Positions 52,636-64,000 of a DNA stretch of 64,000 nt are shown one piece after another. The translations under genes were made by a program, and so were the position numbers. The notes below the pieces were generated by a model. That model was not told the origin of the DNA, made no database searches, and saw nothing but the letters and a program-made list of their open reading frames with translations. Source of the stretch: Sphyrna mokarran (lineage: Eukaryota); assembly GCA_024679065.1 (NCBI GenBank), contig JAGIQG010000007.1, positions 125,550,001 through 125,614,000 of the forward strand, in the 5' to 3' direction. Numbering within the stretch: position 1 is the first letter of the stretch; each line of letters starts with the position of its first letter.

Positions 52636-55180
52636 GGGAGGCAGTGGCATAATAGTCACGTCACTGGACTAATAATTCAGACACAGCAGCTTCCTGACCC
52701 ATGAACTGTACCATCTAGAAGGACAAGGGCAGCAGATATATGGTAACACTGCAACCTGTGAGTTTCCATCCAAGCCACATACCGTCCTGACATGGGATTT
52801 TGTTGTCGCTCCTTCACTATATCTGGGTTAAAATTGGGGATCTCCCTTCCTAAAAGTAATCATTACACCACATGCAAAGCAACAGATCCAAAGTTGGCTC
52901 GACACCACTTTTGCAATGAGGAATGGGGAAAAAAAATGCTGACTTAGCTGATGATGCCACATTTCGTAAAATAAATGCATTTGTGCTAATGCTCTGGGGA
53001 CACAGGGTCAACTCTCACCATGGCAACTGGTGGAACTTAAATTCACTTCTTCAATAAATCTGGAATTGAAAGTTAGTAATGCTGACCATGAAACCATCAA
53101 CAAAAAAATGTAACCTTTTCACAGATATCCTTTTCGGAAGGAAAACTTGCTTCTTTACGTGGTCTGGCCTACATGTGACTCCAGATCTACTATGTGTTTG
53201 GCTGTTAAAATGCCTACCAAAATGACTGAGCAAACCACTGAGTTGTACCAAACCATTCCGATGTCAAAAAAGAATGAAAGTGGATGAACCCCGTGGAAAT
53301 GACAAAGGCGTGTCTGGTCGAATTGACGCTGAAAGTTCATCCTCCCTAAGATCTGGGGGATTGTGCCAACATTTGGAGAGTTGCCCCACAGACTAGTCAA
53401 GCAATAGCCTGTCAGTCATACTCAATGAACCTTACTCCAACAGGACAGGCTCGTTGAGATGGCAGCACAGTGGTATACAGTAGTGAGGGTGTAGTTCTGG
53501 GGATTGCCCTGAACATTGACTCTGGACCTCATGAAGTCTTACGGCATATGGTCAAATATGGGCAAGGAAACTCACAGCTTACAGTTATCCACTGCTTCCT
53601 CCCTTCCTCTCCACCTCAACAAATCAACACTCCCCTACAGTTATCACTAATTGGAAGAAGCTATGAGGAACAAATATACTCTGGTGGAGACTTCAATGTC
53701 TAACACCAAGAATGGCTCCAAAACACAACTACTAATTGGGCTGGCCAAATCCTAAAGGACATCTCTGATGACTCTGCATCAGAAAGTAAGGTGAATAGTG
53801 GAAGAGAGAAAAAATAAGTTGATCCCATCCTCACCGCTCTATTTATCACAGATGCATCTATACATGTCAATATTGGTAGGAGTGATCATAGCACAGTTCT
53901 TGTGAAGATGAAGTTTGTCTTCACATTGGGGATATCCTCCATCGCTTTGTGCGAAACTGTGACCATGCCAAATGGGATCGATTTTGAGCAGATCAAGCAA
54001 CTCAAAACTGGGCTTCCATGAAGAGCTGTGGGCTTTCAGCAGCTGCAAACTTGTATACAACTACAATCTATAGCCTCATGGTCTAACATATGTTCCACTC
54101 TATCATTACTTTTAAGCTAAGGGATCAGTGAAGATTGCAGGAGGATAAGAACACCACCAGACGTGCATAAAACATGAGATGTCAACCTAGTGAAGCTACA
54201 ACAAGGAATTGTATGCCAAACAGAAGAAGCAGTGTATATACAAATAAATGATCTCACCAACAATGGTTCAAGTCTAAGTTCTGTAGTCTGCCACATCCAG
54301 TTGGGAGTGCCAGCAGACAAATAACCAATAAACTGTGGGAGGATGCTGCACAAATATTCCCATCTTCAATGATGTGACAGCCCAGAACATCAGTGCAAAT
54401 CAGAAGGTCCACCATTGAAGACACCGCTCGGCAGTCTTATGGAATACTGTCTGCTTACTTGGATAAGTACAGCTTCAACAACACTCAAGAAGCTCAAAAC
54501 TCACCAGGACCAAGCAATCTGTTTGATTAGCACTCATCCACCATTGGTGCACAGTAGTTGATGCAATGTGTACCATATATAAAATGCATGGCAATAACTC
54601 AACAAACCTCCTTCAACAAGAAACCAAACCCATGACTTCTACCACTGAGAATGACCTGGGTAGCAAATGCATGCCTTACCAGCAATGCCATGACTAAATA
54701 TAAAATAATCAAGCACAGCAAACTCATCAAGTGGAAAATTGAAATCATCATTGCCATTAATGCCACCTTTGGTTATTTTAGCAGCAAAAAATGGAAAGAC
54801 ATCCCCCCCCTAATCTCTCTGACCCTCATCATTGCAACCCATGATCCGGCTGTCGAAACATTTCTTACTATTTTGACTGTCCATGTCAATGGGATTCCCT
54901 GTAATTCTGTTCAGCTTTCAGATGAATGAGTTCCACATGACTGTTCTTGAAATTACCAATTTCACTTCTCTTCCAAGGCACACGCCATGCTTACTTGGAA
55001 GCATATTGTAATTCCTTCACTGTCATTGGGGCCAGTTTCAGGAATCCTCTCCCTAAACCTCTGTCTCTATACACCATGTTGAGTGCAGTGGCTTAAGAAG
55101 GTAGCTCATTACCTATTCTCAAGGACAATTCAGGATAGTGAACAGACATTGGCCAGTAAGCGATAGCCACACATATCCTT
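52636..55180 (+). mobile_element. CR1-group LINE relic with tRNA-like 5' head, internally deleted; a 3'-end fragment of the same family is nested at ~52690-52980
   Basis: Head ggaggcagtggcataatag...ctaatgctctggggacacagggtcaactctcacc. APE motifs (LNIDSGPHEV...GDFNV). RT C-terminus (SLMEYCLLTWISTASTTLKKL). Tail caaggacaattcaggatag. Confidence 0.75.
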
Positions 55181-57214
55181 GGAAAAAATTTAAAAAACTG
55201 ATAATGACAATTCTTCTGCAAGTTGACGATGACCATCCTGTTGAACTGAAGATGTATGGTTACTGGAAGAGCAAAAGATTGAATTCACAAAGTAAGATTT
55301 TTTTTTTGTTCTGTTCAGGAGAAAATTGAGTGATAAGTTAATTGAAATATTTGATAGTGGAGCAAAAAAGACAAAACTGCCCCAGATATAATGGAACCAG
55401 GGAACAGGAATTAAATTTAGGAAATTGGTAAGAGCAGTGAAGTGGAACTCATTCATCTGAAAGGCAAATTAAATTACAGAGAATCCCACTGAAATGGACA
55501 GTAGAAATGGGGAGGGATGTTTTTCCATTTTTGGGTACCCTGCTGCTAAATTAACCAAAGGTAGCATTAATGGTGATGACGACTTCAGTTTTCCACTTGG
55601 TGAGTTTGATGTGCTTGATCATTTTATATTTTGTCGTGACAATTCTGGCAAGGCAAATATTTGTTGCGCATTCCTAATGGCCCTTCAGCAGGTTTTGAGT
55701 TGGGTTGCTGTCTTGAACTTCTCCAGTCCATGCTGTTAGTGAGGATGTTCCATTTTTTGACCTAGTGACACTGAAAAAGAAATGCGCTGAAGTTCCATGT
55801 CTAGAAAGTATTTGACTTGAAGGAGATCTCAATAATCTTAATAGAAAAATCTAGCTGATCAAGTCATGTTTTGTACCAATTTCTTGACTCTGGAGAGGCT
55901 TAATAGCCATTGGAGAAATCATGTGCTGCCAAGGAAATTAATCCCGCTGCAAACAGTTGTAAACAGTAGGAATTAAGCAGAACATCTAATTTGGACTTCC
56001 TGATTCTTTGACTTGGCCAATTTTGAATTTGCATCTGTCGATAAATGTGTGTAATCAAGTTGTGAAACTGGGAACAAAAAGCAAGTGTTCATACTTATGC
56101 AGTTGGAGTTAAAGTATCGAAACAATGTTTAAATTAATTTCTTAACTATTTCTGCAGTTGAAAGAATATCCACTGATCATGTTGTAAATCCATTGCACTG
56201 GATTTCTGCTACCAATACAAGTAGCTCAAGTTAAAAGTTCCTGACTCAGAAGATCTTCCTCTGTAGAAAGGTGCTCAATGTCACAATGTATGCTCAGGGT
56301 GATGGGTACAGGATAGAGTTGGGTCCACTTATCGCAGAAGCAGAGCGCAGACAGCCCTGGGCTGTTGAGTATCGAGCAGGGCTGGTTAGCAAGTTCTCCT
56401 TTGTCATTCGGGACGTTTTCCAGTTTTATTAAAGGCTGTTGAGTCCTATAGCTCTCAACCACCATCCCTCCTGTATGCTCCCATTCACTCCCCATGTCAC
56501 CTCCACTCCAACTCATGCTACCCATTCACCACCATAGCTTCTTGTAGCCCCCATGTCATAGGCACTTCCATGCCTATTTGCCTCATACACACTGAGTTGG
56601 AACCATTGTGGAATGCTATGAAAAAAAACATACATTGACCATTTTTTTCTTTGGGAAAAAAAACTGATGTTTCTGCAAACTCTGAAGATGTCAGAGGCCA
56701 TTAAAGAATTAATGATGGAGGCTTCAAATACCCCTTAATTTGTGCAAATAGACATTGAGACACTGACAAAAGAGATCACAAAATAATTTATTATAATCAC
56801 TTAAACATGTTAAACAAAGCTAACAATTCTCTTTAGTTAACAAAACAACCTCAAATGAGAATTTTTTTAAGTGTATACTCTCAATCAAACATACAAAATG
56901 AGGCAATCCAGTTCTGTAGAAATACTTTTCAAAAAAATGATTTCATTCAAACTTTTTAAAATTGTTCTGAGGAATCATGAGTCATGGAGAAGCTAGCTTG
57001 ACTCCATGAAAATTACTCAGAGATGCCAGCCCCTGTGAAGTAACCAGCCAGGGTGCAGACTTATTACCCATATCCTTACCTCATGCCACTGAAAATTGTA
57101 AATGCTGGGAATGAGGCCAGAAATCTGGGAATCAGGTTCTGCCTACCATTGTTTAAAAGGATTCGGCATTGTTCTGACCCAATGAAAATTTGAACCATAG
57201 TGTCATTTACTGCA

Positions 57215-58270
57215 CAGAAGAGAGCTATATGGAACAACCCAATCAGCCTTACTTGGTAACTGGTAACCCTGTGATTTTATCACCTTCAAATCTCTATCCC
57301 TTCATTTTGAAATCATCAATTTCTTTTTTCTGCACCTACTAATCGAGTGGGCAGCGAAATTCAGGACATTACCACCTCACTGTGTAAAATAACTCCTACC
57401 CACATTCCCCTTGCATCTTTTACCCAGAATGTTGAGTCTGTGTCTACTAATCCTTATACAAGCAGTTAATTGGAAGAGTCTTTTTTCCTTGTCTCCCTTA
57501 TGAGTTTGTCATAATTTTGTACATCTCTACCCAATTTCCCTTCAAGGAGATAACCCAGCTCTTCAAATTTACCCTTGTAACTAACCAGCTCCCCATTCCT
57601 GGAATCATTTTGATCAAACTTCTCAGCACCCTCTCAAGAACCTTCACACCTTTCCATAAGTGTGTTGACCAGAACTGGGCACAGTTAAACAGATCTTTAT
57701 ATAGGTAAAGCATAACTTGTTTGCTAGCACTCTTTAATATTTTCTGCCACTTTCAAAAATCATTGCCAATATATCCACATGTTTCTCTATTCCTGCATAT
57801 TCTTTAGAATTGTGCCATTAATTTGATCTTGTCTCTGTTTATCACACCTGCCAACAGCACCACCTCACATTACTTTGCATGAGTTTTGTCTGCCACTTTT
57901 CTGCCCATTCTGTTTGCCGATTATGCCCTGTTGTAAGCAATTTTCACCATCCTCACTGTTTCCCATTTCTCCAAGATAAATATAATCAACAAGCAATTCT
58001 GTATTCCAAGATCCAAGCTATTTACATCTCGCAAAAATAAAAGCAGTGGTACCAGAACTGAGCATCGGGAAACACTATTGTCTACTGCTCTCCGGTCTAA
58101 AAATCAGCCATCTACTACAAATTTCTGTCTTCTGTCCATTGGTCAATTTTTAAAAATCCAGTTGCATACTGGATCTTTTTTTCCATAAGCCTTGCTTCTG
58201 TTCAAGGGGCTTTTGTGTGCCTAACACTTTGTTAAAAACCACATAGACAACATCCTTTATCAACGTTTTC
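57215..58270 (-). mobile_element. CR1 LINE fragment, old
   Basis: LYKDLFNCAQFWSTHLWKGVKVLERVLRSLIKMIPGM in ORF 57498..57713. Confidence 0.8.
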
Positions 58271-58491
58271 TGTTATTTTTGCATACATCCATATTGTTTT
58301 GTGGAATAGTGAAGTCTGAACACTCCAACTGATCTGAGTGAAAATCATGTGGTGAACTTCAATTTTTTTTATTGTATAAGTGCATCTATATCGTTCAGCA
58401 CCTCTGAATTGTCGAACTTTTTTGCATATTTGAAACTTTGAAAATTATTTTTAAGTTTGCAATGTTTCTTAATTAAAAAAAAAATCACTGA

Positions 58492-58734
<243 letters not shown>

Positions 58735-58919
58735 TGACGAAAAGCAATGGCAAATCCTAGAGTAGGATTTCTTTACATTTTCAGTTGTAAACTTGATCCA
58801 AATGATTGTGAATAAACACTTGCTTAAATGAAGCTTTCAAATAATTTAATCACAATTTTTTCCCCCCTCATTGACTATGAATTGAAAAACAAGAACTTTA
58901 TAATAAAGAAAATGAAAAG

Positions 58920-59700
58920 ACTGATGGTAAGCCTATTAAAGAGAAATAGGGAGAGGGTGACTAAATGCTTGGTTAAAATGATAGGCTTAAGGAATGTCTT
59001 CAAGCAGATGAAGATGTAAAATGAAGAGAGGCTGAATTAGTTAAGATATTCCCAACAGTAGGACCTAAACAGGAGGAGACATGCTAACCACTGACAAGGT
59101 AGAAGAAGTGGTGAATAAAGTAGAGGCTGGATTTGAAGTAATGGAAAAGTTCGGCACAGGAAGGAAGCAGATTTCAGAAAAAAGTGAGAGCCAGTGTAAT
59201 GAAGAGAGTCAAATCATGGATGAGAATTCAGAAGTTGAGGTATTGTGGAACCTGAGACCAATGGATAAGTGGAAGTGATGTTGAGAATGGCTGAAACTTG
59301 GAGGCCACTTGAGAATGTTTTGGAGGACTTGACTTCCAAGAAGGCATGCTTGAAGATTTCAGAATTGGATGTTGTCGAAGTCAGCTGTTTTTGTGATGAG
59401 GAGGCTATGATGTTGAATCCTCCACTTAGATTTGATAAGCACACTGAAGTTATTGTGTCGCAATCGAACTTAAATGAAACACTTTCCAAGGAGAAAGAAG
59501 AAGTCAGTACGTGCAGATGGAGTTTGTAAAGGAGCTTAAGGTCAAAGGTAATGGATTTGGCCTTCACAGTTATTAACTTGATGTTGTTTAAGCTCATCCA
59601 AGGCTGAATATCAAACAAGCTTTCTGTCAACATGGATCTGGTTAAAGCTGAGGGAAGTAATTGCCAGCTTAAATTGAACTATGTCTGTGGATCAAAGAAC
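58920..59700 (-). mobile_element. L2 LINE 3' fragment
   Basis: SLFDIQPWMSLNNIKLITVKAKSITF resembles the L2 RT motif CLSDI..WM..N.L.LN..KTE. Confidence 0.6.
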
Positions 59701-60777
59701 AACATGCAGATGAACTGAAGAAAACTAGAGATACATCCTTGGAAATTTCAGAAATTCTCATCCTTGCCTTAATCAGAATTGTAATCAAATTGCACAATTT
59801 CCATTTTGAAACTCACTGACCTGAAATTATAAGCAGTGTAGATAGCTTCTGCCTCATGATTTTCTTATCATCCTGCTATAGACAGGAGGAAATTTAATTT
59901 AGAACAGCGCTGATTTCTGTCCACAGTATCTGCCCATAAACCACGAGGTGTTTTTAAATTTTTGTGTACCCCTTTTTAAGTATTTTCCTCCAACCCTTCA
60001 ATTTTAGAGTAATCCAATTCTCTATAATTAACCTAACATCAAACTTATGATAATGTAAAATAAGATGGTAAGTTTATTTGGCACGCACACAAAATGCAGG
60101 TTGGGGGTTTGCTCTTTTTGCATTCATATAAAAAAGAGGGTAAGGAAAAGAAAGGGATTCAGGGCAAAGACAATAGAGAAAAATAAAAATTATTGTTTCA
60201 AGTGAGTCAAAAGCTCAGAATCAGGAATCCAATGGTGTATTCTCCCAGGGAGATGAGTAAGGATTTCAAAAAGCAATAACTCCCATGATGGATGGAAACA
60301 ACTAGAGATGAATAATCTTGTCGACACAGATACAGAATTTCAAATATTCCAATAAAATACAGTGTAGATGAGGACAGGCAATTTGAACTGACGTCTAGTG
60401 CTAAATGTGAGGTGGCAAATGCTATACAGAGGCAGGCTGATGATTTGGAGTCTTGCTTCACTTCTGAGGCTAAAGGTGAAACTCAAAAGGTATAAAAAGT
60501 AATTCAAAAAGCTCAAGTCTCAGTCATACAATAGTGTTATGTTGAGCTATTCAGCTGATGAAGCCCTTGTTAAAATTTCTTGTGTTTTGAGCAGATAACT
60601 GTTGAACCATGAGCATGACATTTGAGATCAGGAGTCACAAGTAGTTCTCTGTGTTCATAGCTAGCTGGTGCAGACGTTTCATTTATTATAGTGAAAGAAT
60701 GTTTGCATCATAGATCCCTGTTTACAGTTGCCATAATGGGCAGCAAAATGAAAAGATACATTGGAAGCAGGGAGGGT

Positions 60778-60799
60778 GGGGGGGGGGGGGGGGGGGGGT

Positions 60800-60859
<60 letters not shown>
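60778..60859. repeat. Poly-G tract (21 G, T, 60 G)
   Basis: Counted directly. Confidence 0.95.
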
Positions 60860-60860
<1 letters not shown>

Positions 60861-61714
60861 GGCGGTGTTGTGCGGTGGGGCGGGCGGTGGGTAGTGGCTG
60901 AGGCAATCTTACCAAAAAAGAATTCGAAGTGCTGAACGAGCTTGAAAACAGGAGGGAATGGTGCCCATCTTTTCAATGAGAGGAAAGTTCAATCTTATGC
61001 CACTTTGTGAAAGAAATGAGACAAAATATGATTTACACCAATGGGAAAGTGGACAGAGCCTATTCACGCCAGGAAGCTGGCTGATGGCTGCGAGAGGGCG
61101 CTATTGCACATGTGCAAGATTCCCCAGTGCATTGTGTAAGGTGTACACAGTTAGTGCACTGGGATTCACCCTCCATCTCGCCCCCACCCCTCACCATGAT
61201 CATGGCTCCTATTCATCACCCCAGTGATTGTGCAGATCTCCACATACAGCCTTCCCTTCAGGTACCACCCACTCCCCTGGGACTCCATCTCTTGGCATGC
61301 CTGTGTTAGAATGCCCATTAGGCACCCCGGCACATAGAACACTGTTCCCCCACTCTGCTCCTGACTGCCTGGGGGTGGGCTTCAATGGTCTCTGGTCCCA
61401 TCAGTGGGGTCATCACGTCTGATCCCTGTTGCTGGGGCCCAAATGTGATTCTTGCCAGTGAACCAACACAGGGTAAGGCCATTAAAGCAAGAGAGGCCAG
61501 ACAATTCCATCCTGGACTTGTTAATATTTAAATTTAGATTTACATATTATGATCAGCCACGTTCCCTTCTCAGGCACAAGAATATCACACCAGCAACCAA
61601 TGCTGGTATTGTTGTGAGAGGCAAGAAACTGGGAGTGAACCCGAGTTTTCACCTCTCTTGTAATCTCACTGTCTCATCACTGGATCAACTGGCATGATGA
61701 GCCAGCAGATCGTC

Positions 61715-61817
61715 ACCCCACCCCCTCCCCCTCTCCCCTTTCCCCCACTCTCCCCCTCCCCCACTCTCCCCTCCACGCCCACTCTCACCCTCCCCCACTC
61801 TCCCTCCCCCACTCTCT
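61715..61817. repeat. C-rich degenerate tandem repeat (ccccactctccccct)
   Basis: Directly visible. Confidence 0.8.
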
Positions 61818-62599
61818 TACACAAATAAGTCAATTTTTACTTTACTGTTTCTCTGAGAACATGATATTTTAATTAAAAAAAACATAATAAGATTTGCTGC
61901 ATTGGTGTTCAACAATTCAATTAATGTTATTCTTTTGTTCCTAATCTTCAGCCCCCTCAGCTATTTAAGGTATCGATGATAATTAATACAATTTTTGTGG
62001 TTCTTATTCTTGGCTGCAAATATTTATTTTGTGAAAGGTATTCCAGTTTGTGACTCTCTTTTTAACTTAGCTTTTTGCTAAGTCATTAATGTTACTCTTT
62101 TTTGGTCTAGCCCAAATTTATTGTGCCTGGGTGTGAAAGAATTTGTCCTCGGACACTTTGAAACAATGGATTTTGTTCAACAACTCATATTTATATAGCG
62201 TGACTGACATAATAAAATGCCCCAAGATCCTTCACAAGAATATTCCACAACAAAGCGTGGCCCCCAAAACACATGAGGTATATTCACATAGTGCCCACCC
62301 ACCAACTACTTATTTCCAATGTGTTTCTATTTCTGTGTTAATGGCAATGTTCATATTGTTACATTTAAATACTCTCAGTGTGATTGAAGATCAGTGCTAT
62401 TCCCACTGGCAAATGGAAGCAATGTTGTGGCAAAGTTTTATTTTTATGAATTTCGCACTGGATGAGGGTAACTGCCTTTGATGGTTGCGCGAGCTCTAAG
62501 TTTCTTCGAATGTTGTGCAGCAGCAACAATGTAAAAATTGTAATAGCTGATGGGCCGACGGACATCAACATGTTGGGAAAATGCAAGCATCACTTGTTA

Positions 62600-62600
<1 letters not shown>

Positions 62601-62630
<30 letters not shown>
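62601..62630. repeat. Poly-C tract (30 C)
   Basis: Counted directly. Confidence 0.95.
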
Positions 62631-62631
<1 letters not shown>

Positions 62632-62789
62632 CGCCCCAACATATTGGCCTTGGAAAATGTATTATTTGATTTGGGATCTGACTTGTCATTGGTGACACTC
62701 TGTTCCACCACTGATGTATTATTCAAGTTTTGACCAGTCTCAAAGTGAAGCAGCAGCATTTTAACTTGTGTTTTTGGGTTAGAGAGGTT

Positions 62790-63140
62790 TTTAGCATGGA
62801 AACAGGCTCTTGTTCCATCCAACTTGTCCATGCCATTCTTTTTTTAAAAACCCTAAGCTGGTCTCAATTGCCTGCATTTGGCCATATCTCTCTATACTCA
62901 TCACACCCATGTAACTGTCCAAACACTTTCTAAAAGTGTTTCATACCACCTCTATTATTACCTCTGGCAGCTTGATCCAGACACTCACCACCCTGTGTGT
63001 GAAAAAATTCCCTCTGGACCCTTTTGTATTCCTCCTTCCTCACCTCAAACCTATGCCCTCTAGTTTAGACTCCCCTACCTTTGAAAAATGATATTGCTTA
63101 TCTAGCTGATCTATGCCCCTCATTATTTTATAGATCTCTA
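62790..63140 (-). mobile_element. CR1 3' end, same subfamily as 26140-26584
   Basis: Reverse complement matches 26225-26580 (ataaaataatgaggggca...aaggtaggggagtctaaaactaga). Confidence 0.85.
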
Positions 63141-63976
63141 TAGAACATAGAACATTACAGCACAGAACAGGCCCTTCGGCCTTCGATGTTGTGCCGACCA
63201 ATATAAAAAGCAATGACCCTCCAAACTAAACCATTCCTTTCTCTTCCATATACTTATCAACTAACCTCTTAAATGCCACCAAACTTGGCGCATCTACAAC
63301 TGCTGCAGGCAGGGCATTCCACTCCCGAACCACCCTTTGGGTAAAGAACCTACCTCTGATATCCGTCCTATAACTATCACCCCTTAATTTAAAGCTGTGT
63401 CCCCTCGTGCTAGCTTTCTCCATCCTAGGCAAAAGGCTATCACTGTCCACCCTATCTAAACCTCTAATCATCTTATATGTTTTGATTAGGTCCCCTCTTA
63501 GCCGCCTCCTTTCTAACGAAAACAACCTCAAATCCTTCAACCTCTCTTCATAGGACCTGCCCTCCATACCAGGCAACCTCCTGGTAAACCTCCTCTGTAC
63601 CCTCTCCAATGCCTCCACATCTTTCTTATACTGTGGGGACCAGAACTGCACACAATACTCCAAGTGCGGCCGCACTAGAGTTTTGTACAGTTGCAACATG
63701 ACGTTGCGGCTCCGAAATTCAATCCCCCTACCAATAAAGCTAAGACTCCGTATGCCTTCTTAACAACCTTATCGACTTGACTGCCTACTTTCAGGGATCT
63801 ATGCACAAATACACCAAGATCCCTCTGTTCATCAACACTATTAAGAATCCTACCATTAGCTCTATACTCTACACATTTCTTATTCCTGCCAAAGTGCATT
63901 ACCTCACACTTTTCCACATTAAACTCCATTTGCCACCTCTCGGCCCAGCTCTGCAACTTGTCCAAGTCTCTGTGCA
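63141..63976 (-). mobile_element. Young 5'-truncated CR1 LINE (ORF2 C-terminus nearly intact)
   Basis: ORFs 63675..63977 and 63226..63699 give a canonical CR1 RT C-terminus joined by one frameshift. (ttctatg)n tail. CpGs retained. Confidence 0.95.
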
Positions 63977-63982
63977 AAAAGA

Positions 63983-64000
63983 GGGTGGCGCGGTATCACA
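63983..64000 (+). mobile_element. Probable start of a tRNA-derived SINE head, cut by the window edge
   Basis: gggtggcgcggtatcaca resembles the head start at 8561. Only 18 nt are visible. Confidence 0.4.

Noticed and set aside
60679-60976. Poly-Pro and poly-Gly ORFs
   Set aside because: They are translations of the G homopolymer.

Overview
Vertebrate genomic DNA, not prokaryotic. The repeats (HE1-type V-SINEs, Deu-domain SINE, CR1, Rex1, Penelope) point to a shark; this is an inference. The only supportable host gene is an internal part of CSMD3 on the + strand: six GT-AG exons at 10417-10604, 14940-15134, 44004-44120, 50038-50151, 52120-52215 and 58523-58726. They total 914 nt and splice in frame into half a CUB domain, a Sushi, a CUB and a Sushi domain. 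The rest is intronic and dense in decayed mobile elements. I found no evidence of a new protein-coding system. The best leads are in mobile-element biology: (1) two inverted copies of a V-SINE whose tRNA promoter has decayed and which carries a structured ~110-nt 5' extension; (2) an apparently ORF1-less LINE with a tRNA-like head, plus a SINE sharing both of its ends; (3) two independent solo LTRs of one family 1.5 kb apart; (4) Penelope-type hammerhead ribozyme motifs mutated at their catalytic Gs. Repeat boundaries are approximate, and family names come from recognition by eye, not from database searches.
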